Assembly: GCA_963760615.1 (NCBI GenBank)
Contig: CAVXDX010000003.1
Location: 19,238 to 83,237 of the forward strand
Direction of reading: 5' to 3'
Source: an uncultured Candidatus Micrarchaeota archaeon
GTDB taxonomy: Archaea; Micrarchaeota; Micrarchaeia; Burarchaeales; Fermentimicrarchaeaceae
DNA length: 64,000 nucleotides
In this document: one piece after another, positions 8,638-17,566 of the stretch
Numbering within the stretch: the stretch's first letter is position 1
Layout: each line of letters starts with the position of its first letter
The notes under the pieces: model-generated
Databases searched by the model: none
Seen by the model: only the letters and a program-made list of their open reading frames with translations
Told to the model about the DNA's origin: nothing
Program-made: the position numbers and the translations under genes

Positions 8638-9294
8638 ATGGCACTGAGAATAGTACCCGCCGAATATACATCACTGGGTTCTGCAATGAGCGATAGAATC
8701 AATCAGTCTGAAAGAGTTAAAAATATACAGATTATGTTAAAGACACAAGAGAGGCTAATGGGCGATTTGGAGAGCGACGGCTGGCTCACAATAAAAGATT
8801 TCACTCTTATTTACAACAGTACGATTAAGAATCTCAAGGATTTTGACTACATAACCAAAAACAGGATATGCGCTCTACCAACGGACAAGGAATTTGTGAA
8901 AATGCTTGCCGAGGATATAGCTATTTTCATGAGGGAGACAACAGAATACGTGTGGGATGCAACTCCGGATCTAAAGGAACGCGGTTCAAAAAATGTGGAA
9001 GAGATGAATGAATTCGTAACTCACCTACTCAAAAGACCGGAGCTGTGCAATACTCCCTCCTCTCAGATGAAAAGGGATAAGCATAACCGCGTTGGATTGT
9101 TAAGTGAGAGCGGAAATATCTCAGACCCGACGCAAAAAATCTTCGAGGCGGTGAAGAAATATTATGAGGAGAATCTCGAAGGGGTCAGGATACCAATACG
9201 TGACCTTCTGATTATCCGTGACACGATAGAGTTGACTTGGGAGGTCGACTCCTCTTTTAACAAGAAACCATCAAGACTTCGTTATGAGGCGTAA
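8638..9294 (+). CDS. hypothetical protein
   Basis: 218-aa ORF filling the gap between annotated genes. No recognisable motif. Confidence 0.4.
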   Translation: MALRIVPAEYTSLGSAMSDRINQSERVKNIQIMLKTQERLMGDLESDGWLTIKDFTLIYNSTIKNLKDFDYITKNRICALPTDKEFVKMLAEDIAIFMRETTEYVWDATPDLKERGSKNVEEMNEFVTHLLKRPELCNTPSSQMKRDKHNRVGLLSESGNISDPTQKIFEAVKKYYEENLEGVRIPIRDLLIIRDTIELTWEVDSSFNKKPSRLRYEA

Positions 9295-9338
9295 ATGCCA
9301 AGCTAACCTATAAAAATGCCTGCAGCTCAATCTAAACC

Positions 9339-9893
9339 ATGAAACTGATTCTCGCCTTGACAGGAGCTTCAGGAATCCAGATCGGCATAAGGCTAGCCGA
9401 AACTCTGAAGGAGCATGAGCTGAGCATAGTTGTGAGCGAGAACGCAAGGAAAGTTATCGAGCATGAAGTTGGAGACTCGAAAAAGGTTGTGGCAGAGTTA
9501 AGGCAGTACGGAAAGCTGTACGATGAATCAGAGATAGGCGCCCCTCCTGCGTCCGGCTCCTCCCTTTTCGATGCCATGGTGGTATGCCCGTGCTCCATGA
9601 AAACGCTCTCCGCAATTGCGAATGGTTACTGCTGCAATCTAATAACCAGGAGCGCTGATGTGATGCTCAAGGAGGGCAGGAAGCTCATACTCGTCCCGAG
9701 GGAAACCCCTGTCAGCGCCGTTCACCTTGAGAACATGCTGAAGCTCTCCAGGCTGGGAGTCGTCATACTTCCCGCTTCACCTGCATTTTACCACAAGCCA
9801 AAGAAGCTTGAGGACATGGTTGATTTCATAGTGGGCAAGATTCTGGATTCACTGAGGATTGAGAATAAGCTCTACAAGAGGTGGAGTGTGTAA
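9339..9893 (+). CDS. ubiX: flavin prenyltransferase UbiX (prenyl-FMN synthase)
   Basis: LALTGASG, ASGS..DAMVVCPCSMKTLSAIANG, RSADVMLKEGRKLILVPRETP and PAFYHKP match the UbiX/Pad1 family along the full length. Confidence 0.85.
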   Translation: MKLILALTGASGIQIGIRLAETLKEHELSIVVSENARKVIEHEVGDSKKVVAELRQYGKLYDESEIGAPPASGSSLFDAMVVCPCSMKTLSAIANGYCCNLITRSADVMLKEGRKLILVPRETPVSAVHLENMLKLSRLGVVILPASPAFYHKPKKLEDMVDFIVGKILDSLRIENKLYKRWSV

Positions 9894-10255
9894 TGAAAAT
9901 CACCGTTGGCGTAATATTCCTTGTTATGGGTGCACTCCTTGTTTCTCTGGGGTTGGCAGTCCCATCACAAAACCACCTGAGCTTGGAGCTGGTGGACATC
10001 GTAACAATGCTTCTTCTGTGGCTCTTCTCACTGTCAATCTTCATGTTCCACGAGAAAATTTTCCGCAAGGACAGGATTCTGCTTGTTGTCCTGCCTGTGC
10101 TTGCCCTCAGCTTTGCCTGGCTTCTGCTCAACCTCGGTTATCTTCTGTCCTTTGGCATACAGGATTTCAATCTCTACGCAGTTCTGCTGGGCTGGTGTTT
10201 CTTCAACTCCGGTTTATACTATGATACGCGAGAAGTTTTGAAAGCTGTGAGGTGA
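9893..10255 (+). CDS. small polytopic membrane protein, unknown function
   Basis: The ATG shares one nt with the ubiX TAA (TAATG at 9891-9895). About 120 aa with four hydrophobic segments. No family recognised. Confidence 0.5.
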   Translation: MKITVGVIFLVMGALLVSLGLAVPSQNHLSLELVDIVTMLLLWLFSLSIFMFHEKIFRKDRILLVVLPVLALSFAWLLLNLGYLLSFGIQDFNLYAVLLGWCFFNSGLYYDTREVLKAVR

Positions 10256-10346
10256 GAGTATGATAGGAGAGCTGTTATTTGGTGCGATTGGTTTGAAGAA
10301 AATGCTGGAGCCTTTCAAGTCCGACCCGCCGCTTTGAGGTGATGGC

Positions 10347-11639
10347 ATGCTCAGGGATTTCATAAAAAGGCTCAAGCTTTCAAAGGAGCTTGTTGTCATA
10401 AAGAAGCCAGTAAGCAAGAAGTTCATTGCAGCGGGCATACTGAAAGAGCTGGATGGGAGGCCGGTGCTTTTTGAGAGAATAAAAGAGAGCAAATTCCAGG
10501 TCATCGGGAATGTTTTCTCAAGCAGGGAGCTCATTGCGAAATCTCTTGGAGTAAAGAAGAAGAAACTGATTTTCAAGATTGCCAATGCCATCGACAACCC
10601 GAGCGAGCCTCAACTTGTTGAAAAAGCCCAGTGCCATGAGGTTGTTGAGGAAGGGGTTGACCTGAACAGACTTCCAATAATGACCCACTGCGAGAAGGAC
10701 GGAGGCCCTTATGTGGCTTCAGGCGTTGTCGTTGCAAAGGATCCTGAGCTGGGGAGAAATATCTCCTTCCACCGGCTGATGCAGCTTGACAACAGAAGAT
10801 TTGCAATCAGGATACTCCCGAGGCACTTGAACGAATTCCTGAAAAGGAGCGGAGGGGAGCTTGACGTTGCAGTATGCATAGGCAACTCTGTAAACTTCCT
10901 TCTCGGAGCGGCAACTTCTGTTGAGCTGGGCTTTGATGAGATGAAAATAGCAAATGCTTTGGAAAAGCTGCCAATTGCCAGGTGCAAGACAGTGGATGTT
11001 GAGGTTCCTGCTCACAGCGAGTTTGTGCTTGAGGGCAGAATCACAAAGGAGATTGTTCCAGAGGGTCCTTTTGTTGATTTGACTGAAACCTATGATGTCA
11101 TCAGGGAGCAGAATGTTCTTGAGATAAGAAAAATAACCCACAGGAAGGATGCATTATATCATGCGCTTCTTCCAGGCTGTAATGAGCATAAACTTCTCAT
11201 GGGTATGCCCAAAGAACCGACAATTTTCAGGGAGGTTAACAAGGTTTGCAAATGCAAGGATGTCAACCTCACTCTCGGAGGTTGCTCCTGGCTGCATGCA
11301 ATTGTTAGGATAAGCAAGAGAGATGAGGATGACGGCAGAAAAGCTATTGAGGCGGCTTTCAAAGGGCATGCCTCCCTCAAGCACGTGCTCATTGTGGATG
11401 ATGATATAGACATACACAACCCGCTTGATGTGGAATGGGCAATCGCCACAAGATTCCAGGCTAAGGATGGGCTTGTCGTCAAGCCTAAGGAGAAAGGCTC
11501 CTCCCTGGACCCGTCTGCGAATCCATACACCAGAGACACAAGCAAAATGGGGCTGGATGTGACCAAGCCTCTAAAGAATTATCTGAAGGATTTCAAGAAG
11601 GCGCCGTTTCCGAAAGTCAAGCTCTGGAGGTATCTCTGA
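10347..11639 (+). CDS. UbiD-family decarboxylase (candidate trans-anhydromevalonate-5-phosphate decarboxylase)
   Basis: 430-aa UbiD-like sequence (MLRDFIKRL.. N-terminus, conserved central and C-terminal blocks). It sits in an operon with ubiX and the aconitase-X subunits. Confidence 0.8.
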   Translation: MLRDFIKRLKLSKELVVIKKPVSKKFIAAGILKELDGRPVLFERIKESKFQVIGNVFSSRELIAKSLGVKKKKLIFKIANAIDNPSEPQLVEKAQCHEVVEEGVDLNRLPIMTHCEKDGGPYVASGVVVAKDPELGRNISFHRLMQLDNRRFAIRILPRHLNEFLKRSGGELDVAVCIGNSVNFLLGAATSVELGFDEMKIANALEKLPIARCKTVDVEVPAHSEFVLEGRITKEIVPEGPFVDLTETYDVIREQNVLEIRKITHRKDALYHALLPGCNEHKLLMGMPKEPTIFREVNKVCKCKDVNLTLGGCSWLHAIVRISKRDEDDGRKAIEAAFKGHASLKHVLIVDDDIDIHNPLDVEWAIATRFQAKDGLVVKPKEKGSSLDPSANPYTRDTSKMGLDVTKPLKNYLKDFKKAPFPKVKLWRYL

Positions 11640-12805
11640 TGCACCTTACAAGGGAAGAGGAGAATATACTTAACGGGGAGAATGGAGCTTCGGCAGCCAA
11701 GGCTATGGAGATACTGGCTGCCCTTGGGAGAATTTTCAACGCGGAGAGGCTCATCCCGGTGACCTCTGCACAGATATCAGGTGTGAGCTACAAGACCATA
11801 GGGGATGGGGGGCTGGAGTTTCTGGAGAGCTTCGCAAAGGATGGAAAGGTCAGAATACCAAGCTACCTCAATCCGGCTGGAATGGACCTGGAGGAATGGG
11901 AATCCTTGGGCTTTCCAAAGGAGTTTGCGAGGAAGCAGATGAGGATAATACGTGCATACCAGAAGATGGGAGTTGAGGCAACATGCACCTGCACGCCATA
12001 CCTCATAGGAATCCTCCCGAAGAGGGGAGAGCACATAGCATGGAGCGAGAGCTCTGCAGTAGTCTTTGCCAATTCCGCCTTGGGGGCAAGGACGAACAGG
12101 GAGAGCGGCATTAGCGCCCTCGCCTCTGCGATTACTGGAAAGACTCCATACTTTGGCTACCACCTGGATGAGCACAGGGTTGCGGAAGTGCTTGTTGATG
12201 TGAAGGCGAAACTTGAGGACCTTTCCGATTTTGGGGCGCTTGGGATATACGCAGGAGCAGTGGCAAAGCAGAGGGTTGTCGCATTTGAAGGAATTGACAC
12301 AGTGACCGTTGATGAGGTCAAAACTCTTGGGGCTGCTCTTGCCGCATCCGGAGCTGTTGCGTTGTTCTTCATAAAAGGCATCACCGACGAGTGGAGGGTT
12401 GTCAGCAAGCCCGAGCGTGTGGAGTTTGGCGCCAGAGAGCTCAGGGCAGCCAGGGAAAACCTCGTCTCCTCAAAGGATGCAGAGCTTGTGGCAATTGGAT
12501 GCCCCCACTGCTCTCTTGAGGAAATACGCGAGATAGCTGAGAGAGTAAGAGGGAGGAAGCTTAAGAGAAAGCTGTGGGTGTGCACTGCAAGAAAAATCAA
12601 GAGCAAAGCTGACAAGCTCGGTTTGACAAAAATAATCGAGGAGGCGGGTGGAAAGGTTGTGAGCGACACGTGCATGGTGGTATGCCCGCTTGAGGAGATG
12701 GGCTTTGAACGCACTGCTGTCAACTCCGGAAAGGCGGCTCACTACCTCCCGAGCTTCTGCAAGCAGAAGGTTCTTTTCGGCTCAATTAGGGATATACTGA
12801 AGTGA
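11639..12805 (+). CDS. aconitase X catalytic subunit (DUF521), candidate phosphomevalonate dehydratase large subunit
   Basis: Typical DUF521 N-terminus [21 protein letters not shown], 388 aa. The start overlaps the UbiD-family stop (TGATG). Confidence 0.8.
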   Translation: MHLTREEENILNGENGASAAKAMEILAALGRIFNAERLIPVTSAQISGVSYKTIGDGGLEFLESFAKDGKVRIPSYLNPAGMDLEEWESLGFPKEFARKQMRIIRAYQKMGVEATCTCTPYLIGILPKRGEHIAWSESSAVVFANSALGARTNRESGISALASAITGKTPYFGYHLDEHRVAEVLVDVKAKLEDLSDFGALGIYAGAVAKQRVVAFEGIDTVTVDEVKTLGAALAASGAVALFFIKGITDEWRVVSKPERVEFGARELRAARENLVSSKDAELVAIGCPHCSLEEIREIAERVRGRKLKRKLWVCTARKIKSKADKLGLTKIIEEAGGKVVSDTCMVVCPLEEMGFERTAVNSGKAAHYLPSFCKQKVLFGSIRDILK

Positions 12806-12809
12806 TGCT

Positions 12810-13211
12810 ATGAAAATAAAAGGAAGAGCAATTTCAAAAGGAAAAGCAGAGGGAGAAGCTCTTGTCAGCAGGGAAGCAATAAGCTTCCTTGGAGAGCTTG
12901 ACACGAAGACAGGGGTTGTGGTCAACTCAAAGCACCCCCTCTTCAACAAATGCATAGCGGGCAAAATTCTGGTCTTCCCTAGGGGCAGGGGCTCAACTGT
13001 AGGTTCGTACGCAATGTACCAGCTCAAGAAAAATGGAAAGGCCCCCAAGGCAATCATCAATGAAGAGGCCGAGGTGATTGTCGCAGTAGGTGCAATCATT
13101 TCTGAAATTCCCATGGTTGACAAGCTGGAGAGGAAAGGATTCAAGCTTATAAAGAATGGAAGCAAAGTTGTTGTGGATGGAAATAAAGGTATTGTCGAGG
13201 TATCAAAATGA
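12810..13211 (+). CDS. aconitase X swivel-domain subunit (DUF126), candidate phosphomevalonate dehydratase small subunit
   Basis: 133 aa. [21 protein letters not shown] and [12 protein letters not shown] motifs are typical of DUF126. Confidence 0.8.
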   Translation: MKIKGRAISKGKAEGEALVSREAISFLGELDTKTGVVVNSKHPLFNKCIAGKILVFPRGRGSTVGSYAMYQLKKNGKAPKAIINEEAEVIVAVGAIISEIPMVDKLERKGFKLIKNGSKVVVDGNKGIVEVSK

Positions 13212-14005
13212 GCGAATTGGTGTTTGCCAAGCTCGGCGGAAGCCTCATAACTGACAAGACTAGGCCTTTCACTGCAAGGATGGACGTCATAAAGAGGCTT
13301 TCAAAGGAGATTCACGAAGCAGAGGGAGAGGGAAAGCTCAAGCTCCTGGTTGGGCATGGCGGTGGTTCATTCCCTCATGTCCCCGCCAAGAAATATCAGG
13401 TGCACAAGGGAGTCATAAACCCGGAAACCTACAGGGGCATCGCAGAGGTGCAGGATGCTGCATCAAAGCTGAACAGGATAGTTGTTGAAAGCCTGATTGA
13501 GGCTGGGGAGAATGCAGTTTCTGTGCAGCCCTCAGCCTGTGCACTTGCGAGCGAGGGCAGAATAGTCCATTTTGATGTGCGACCTCTGAAAAAAATGTTG
13601 TCTCAAAATCTCCTGCCAGTCCCTTACGGTGACGTTGTTGTGGATTTGAAGAGGGGCTGCTCAATACTATCCACAGAGATGATTTTCGACTACCTGGCAA
13701 GGAAGCTCAAGCCGAGCAGGATTATCCTTGCTGGCGTAACCGATGGTGTTTTCACCTCAGACCCGCAGCTTGACAAGAAGGCAGAGAGGATTCCTGAGAT
13801 AACGCCTGCCAATTTTGATAGCATAAAAGCCTCTCTCACAGGCTCCCATGGCATAGATGTAACTGGAGGGATGCTGCACAAGGTTGAGATACTTCTGGGG
13901 CTTGCCGAGCTTGGAATTCCCAGCAATATAATAAATGGACTGGAGGAAGGGAACCTGAGGAATGCTCTGCTTGGAAAAAAAATCGGGACCTTTATCCACA
14001 AGTGA
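13208..14005 (+). CDS. ipk: isopentenyl phosphate kinase
   Basis: Amino-acid-kinase fold with [10 protein letters not shown] and HGGGSF motifs, 265 aa. ATGA overlap with the preceding gene. Confidence 0.8.
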   Translation: MSELVFAKLGGSLITDKTRPFTARMDVIKRLSKEIHEAEGEGKLKLLVGHGGGSFPHVPAKKYQVHKGVINPETYRGIAEVQDAASKLNRIVVESLIEAGENAVSVQPSACALASEGRIVHFDVRPLKKMLSQNLLPVPYGDVVVDLKRGCSILSTEMIFDYLARKLKPSRIILAGVTDGVFTSDPQLDKKAERIPEITPANFDSIKASLTGSHGIDVTGGMLHKVEILLGLAELGIPSNIINGLEEGNLRNALLGKKIGTFIHK

Positions 14006-14038
14006 TGCTCTAAATTTATAAACCTGCTACAAATATAT

Positions 14039-15130
14039 ATGGCAAAATCCGCTATCCAGGATAGGAAATCTTCGCATATGAAGATATGCTCCACGGAGAG
14101 TGTTGAATTCAATGAAAAGACCACGGGCTTGGAAGATATAGATTTTGTGCACAAGGCGCTTCCGGAGTTGGACTTAAGGAAGATAGACATATCCTGCGAC
14201 ATGTTTGGGAAGAAGCTCTCTGCCCCTTTCCTCATTGAATCAATCACTGGGGGGTCTGCAGAGGCAAAGAAGATAAACCAGTCCCTGGCAAAAGCAGCAG
14301 AGCAGGCAGGAGTTGCCATGGGGCTTGGCTCTCTGCGAGCAATGATCGAAAACCCTTCTCTGATGGATACATACTGGGTGAGGGATGTGGCGCCGGGCAT
14401 ATTCCTGCTTGGCAACATAGGTATAGCGCAGCTTATGGAGTATGATGTCAGCAGGATAGCTGAAGCCCTTATGCAGTTGAAAGCAGATGCACTCTTCGTA
14501 CATCTCAATTCCCTTCAGGAGGCAATTCAGCCCGAGGGGAATAAGAATTTTGAGGGATGTCTTTCCCTCCTTGGAAAGCTCACATCCCAGCTCAAAATGC
14601 CTGTAATAATAAAAGAAACTGGCGCAGGCATCTCCAGGGAGGTCGCCATTGAACTCAAGAATGCAGGTGTGAAGGGAATAGACGTCGGAGGGGCAGGCGG
14701 AACCTCATGGGGTGGTGTTGAGCTTCTCAGGAATTCAAACGGCCATAAATCTTTCTGGGAGTGGGGCATCCCCACTGCGCTCTCTGTAGTCGAGGTGGCA
14801 AGCGTGTGCAAGCTTCCTCTCATTGCAAGCGGGGGAATCCGCTCCGGATGCGATGCTGCAAAGGCAATTGCACTGGGAGCAGACTACGCAGGGGCAGCAC
14901 TTCCCTTCTTCAAGAGCGCCGAGAAGGGGGAGGATGCAGTTGCTGAGGAGTTGGGGAGATGGAAGGAGCAGCTCAAAACCTGCATGTTCCTGACAGGTTC
15001 CAAAAACCTGAAGGCATTGAAGAATGCTCAGCTCATAATAACTGGGCGGACTGCAGAGCTATTTAGATTAAGAGGGGTGAGCCCAGAGGGGTTTGCCAAC
15101 AGGAGAGAGCATTCCAAAGCCATACTCTAG
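14039..15130 (+). CDS. fni: type 2 (FMN-dependent) isopentenyl-diphosphate delta-isomerase
   Basis: IIKETGAGIS, IDVGGAGGTSWGGVE and ASGGIRSG blocks are characteristic of IDI-2. 363 aa. Confidence 0.85.
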   Translation: MAKSAIQDRKSSHMKICSTESVEFNEKTTGLEDIDFVHKALPELDLRKIDISCDMFGKKLSAPFLIESITGGSAEAKKINQSLAKAAEQAGVAMGLGSLRAMIENPSLMDTYWVRDVAPGIFLLGNIGIAQLMEYDVSRIAEALMQLKADALFVHLNSLQEAIQPEGNKNFEGCLSLLGKLTSQLKMPVIIKETGAGISREVAIELKNAGVKGIDVGGAGGTSWGGVELLRNSNGHKSFWEWGIPTALSVVEVASVCKLPLIASGGIRSGCDAAKAIALGADYAGAALPFFKSAEKGEDAVAEELGRWKEQLKTCMFLTGSKNLKALKNAQLIITGRTAELFRLRGVSPEGFANRREHSKAIL

Positions 15131-15203
15131 AAATGTTTATATACACCCGATTACCTATACAATACCTAGTATATTTAAAAAATATTAAAAGGAGGCGGTA
15201 TCT

Positions 15204-15761
15204 ATGGGTGGAAAAAGGATTTTGTATGCGTTGATATTGCTTGCACTCATTGGGATGGTGCAGGCAGACATCATAACATATTTGGGTCAGTATGTATACC
15301 CCACAAGTGGGACACAGTACGGTTCTGCCACTCCGACTTTTACATGCGATTACTTCTATTACTTAAATTCTACTCTCTCTCGTGTGCAAGGCGCATATGT
15401 ACTGGTGATGTTAGATGGTATAAATCATACAGCAACTTACTCAGGCACTGGCTACAGCTTCTCAGGAGCGACTATCTCCGCAGGCGCTCATAACTGGTAT
15501 TGCATTGCTTCCGCGCCAGGATACCCGTACAAGATAGGCCCAACTCAGACATACACAGTGCTGCAACAAACTGGCGGCGGCGGAGGTGGCGGAGGTGGCG
15601 GTCGCCACTACATGATGGAGCCAACAGAGCAGATAACCATGGGAAGCCCATGGGCTCTGGCAGTGGTGGCCATAGCAATAATAGGTATAGTTATTGGCTA
15701 CTTCATCTTGAGGGAAGCACTAACAGTGGCTGTTGCAAAACCAAGGAAGAAAACAAAATAA
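15204..15761 (+). CDS. secreted protein with Gly10 linker and conserved C-terminal membrane anchor module
   Basis: Strong SD (AAGGAGG), an N-terminal signal peptide, an Ig-like middle, a run of 10 Gly, and a C-terminal GSPWALAVVAIAIIGIVIGYFILREA..KPRKKTK. Confidence 0.6.
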   Translation: MGGKRILYALILLALIGMVQADIITYLGQYVYPTSGTQYGSATPTFTCDYFYYLNSTLSRVQGAYVLVMLDGINHTATYSGTGYSFSGATISAGAHNWYCIASAPGYPYKIGPTQTYTVLQQTGGGGGGGGGGRHYMMEPTEQITMGSPWALAVVAIAIIGIVIGYFILREALTVAVAKPRKKTK

Positions 15762-15763
15762 CA

Positions 15764-16282
15764 TCAGCCCAGGGCAAACTCCAGCTCAAGCTTGGGGTTT
15801 GCCACTATCCATTTATACAGAAGCGGGCTCAGGAAGTACGCCATAGGCAAATTCCCTAGCAGATGATAGAGGGTAAAAGGGATCTGCCCAATCAATGTCA
15901 CTTCCAAACTCTGGCCGAACTGCATTCCAAAAGCCAGCGCAGTCACGGCATCGTAGAATATGGTTGCAAAGAATGCAAATGCAAGGTAATCTTTTCCTTT
16001 TGCTTCCTTTTTATTTGACAGCCACCACCATGCAGCGTAGCCAACCACTCCGTATGCAACTGAAGTATACACAGTCCAGTAGCCCACTCTGCCAACAACA
16101 ACATCCAGTGCAATGACTGAAAGAGCAGCAAATAGGAAGCCTGCATACCCGCCGAATTCCTTGGCAAATGGCATTGATGCAGTCATTACAGGCTCAACAT
16201 TCGGAGGTCTTGGAAGGACCCTCACAAAAACACAGAAAATGAATGCCAGGATGCATTTTGCAGAGTTCCTGAGCTCTTTCAT
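15764..16282 (-). CDS. polytopic membrane protein (ECF S-component-like?)
   Basis: 172 aa with about 5-6 hydrophobic helices. ATGA overlap with the upstream DUF4430-like gene. The family assignment rests on context only. Confidence 0.45.
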   Translation of the reverse strand: MKELRNSAKCILAFIFCVFVRVLPRPPNVEPVMTASMPFAKEFGGYAGFLFAALSVIALDVVVGRVGYWTVYTSVAYGVVGYAAWWWLSNKKEAKGKDYLAFAFFATIFYDAVTALAFGMQFGQSLEVTLIGQIPFTLYHLLGNLPMAYFLSPLLYKWIVANPKLELEFALG

Positions 16283-17097
16283 TCCATCACCCTCTGTATA
16301 AAATACAAAAGCAGCAGGACCAGAACCACACCTGCCCCGAGAATCTCAGGTGAAACTCCTGCAGCTGCCATCCCAACAGATGCGGGCTTCTCTTCTGAAG
16401 TAGCGGGACTCTCCAGCGAAACCTCAGCTGACTTCATAACATTTGTTACTCTGGGCAGGCTTACGGAATATTTTGGAGAGCTGTAGCTGTAGACTCCCAC
16501 TTCACTGGCGTTGAAGGTTGCCTCCCCGCTCTCATTTGTTACAAGTTCCTTCCTGCCTTTTGGAGAATCAACAATTATGCTCTCATAAGCCAGAGGGTTG
16601 CCATCCCCAGAAACCATCTTCACAATAACAGTCCCGCCTGCGGTTGTTGTATCTGGAGCGATAATCTCAGCCTCCCCGCTCTTCTCATTGCACACCTCGC
16701 TGAAAGATTTAAGCGCTGGTTCATCTCCGTACGCCCCCCATCTGAAACCAAGAACGTCGCCATCTCTAACGTAATACTTGCTCACACCAACAGGGGAATA
16801 CGACCAACTGCCATTCTCAACATAATAGAAACCCCAGTAACTGGATTGGCAGAAGCAGTTATCCAAGTCGCAGCCAGTATCCTCCATTTTGCATAGGGCT
16901 GCCCCAAGAGTGCTTCCATAATCCTTTGTGACCACCTGCACTCCTGAACTTTTGAGGACATCCAATGCGCTGTTTCCGCTTTGGAATTCAACGCATTTCA
17001 TTATAGAGCTTGAATTGCCGTACTGAATCACCACACCCGCTTTCTCAGCAAAAACAAGAGTGGACAACACAAGAAATGCGAGAATGAATTTCCTCAA
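16279..17097 (-). CDS. secreted DUF4430-like (transcobalamin beta-domain-like) protein with Ig/carboxypeptidase-regulatory-like domain and C-terminal TM
   Basis: YWGFYYVENGSWSYSPVGVSKYYVRDGDVLGFRWG matches the DUF4430 signature. The likely TTG start at 17097 (SD AAGGTGG) gives a clean signal peptide MRKFILAFLVLSTLVFA. The ORF-track start is at 17163. Confidence 0.65.
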   Translation of the reverse strand: MRKFILAFLVLSTLVFAEKAGVVIQYGNSSSIMKCVEFQSGNSALDVLKSSGVQVVTKDYGSTLGAALCKMEDTGCDLDNCFCQSSYWGFYYVENGSWSYSPVGVSKYYVRDGDVLGFRWGAYGDEPALKSFSEVCNEKSGEAEIIAPDTTTAGGTVIVKMVSGDGNPLAYESIIVDSPKGRKELVTNESGEATFNASEVGVYSYSSPKYSVSLPRVTNVMKSAEVSLESPATSEEKPASVGMAAAGVSPEILGAGVVLVLLLLYFIQRVME

Positions 17098-17146
17098 GAG
17101 ACCACCTTGCAAATATTGCTCAATACAACTATATATAAGTTGTGAG

Positions 17147-17566
17147 TCATCCAAGTCTCTCAAGTGGAATCAATGCGTTCTCGCAAATTTCTGAGATGTG
17201 AACTCTTCTCCTTCCGTTCCTGATGATATGTTTTGATGTCTTGGGCTTCATAAGCCTGCCGCTCAGGCCGGCCTTCAGCACTTCATCTTTTGTCATCTCC
17301 CCGCCATCCCACTTCTCAACATGTATATCTTCCGAAGTATAATCAACGAACTTCACTGCAACTTTGGAGCAGTCGAGCTTCTTCAGCGCATCGCACCTGC
17401 AGTGCCCATCCAGTATCACCATAGTGTTCCTGTCAACCACTATGGGTTTGATGAGCACCCCTCTCCTCCTCATGTCATCCTTAAGCTCTTCAACTCTGCT
17501 CTCAAGAGGCAGCTCATGAGCCCTCAGCTCAGAGAGAAGAATGATGCTGAATCTCATAGGCATCAC
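17147..17566 (-). CDS. ParB/sulfiredoxin-fold domain protein
   Basis: 139 aa. The [12 protein letters not shown] motif matches the ParB-like N-terminal domain (DGHHR-type box). The start (GTG 17566 / ATG 17563) overlaps the TrpB2 stop. Confidence 0.65.
   Translation of the reverse strand: MMPMRFSIILLSELRAHELPLESRVEELKDDMRRRGVLIKPIVVDRNTMVILDGHCRCDALKKLDCSKVAVKFVDYTSEDIHVEKWDGGEMTKDEVLKAGLSGRLMKPKTSKHIIRNGRRRVHISEICENALIPLERLG

Noticed and set aside
10260-10337. 25-aa ORF (MIGELLFGAIGLKKMLEPFKSDPPL) in the gap before the UbiD-family gene.
   Set aside because: No SD or TATA support. It is probably just the untranslated spacer carrying the UbiD-gene ribosome-binding site.
13690-14508. Long antisense ORFs overlapping well-supported genes, for example 13690..14508(-), 12157..12723(-), 21607..22407(-), 22047..22580(-), 43112..43657(-), 61572..62303(-), 58547..58984(+) and 57448..58041(+).
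   Set aside because: Each lies entirely opposite a gene with clear family motifs. Their translations are Ser/Leu/Pro/Cys-rich low complexity typical of antisense frames, and they lack SD or TATA context.
15567-15603. The GGC/GGA/GGT repeat encoding Gly10, considered as a possible slippage-prone contingency tract.
   Set aside because: The codons are mixed (GGC GGC GGC GGA GGT GGC GGA GGT GGC GGT) rather than a pure repeat. It reads as a flexible linker before the C-terminal anchor.
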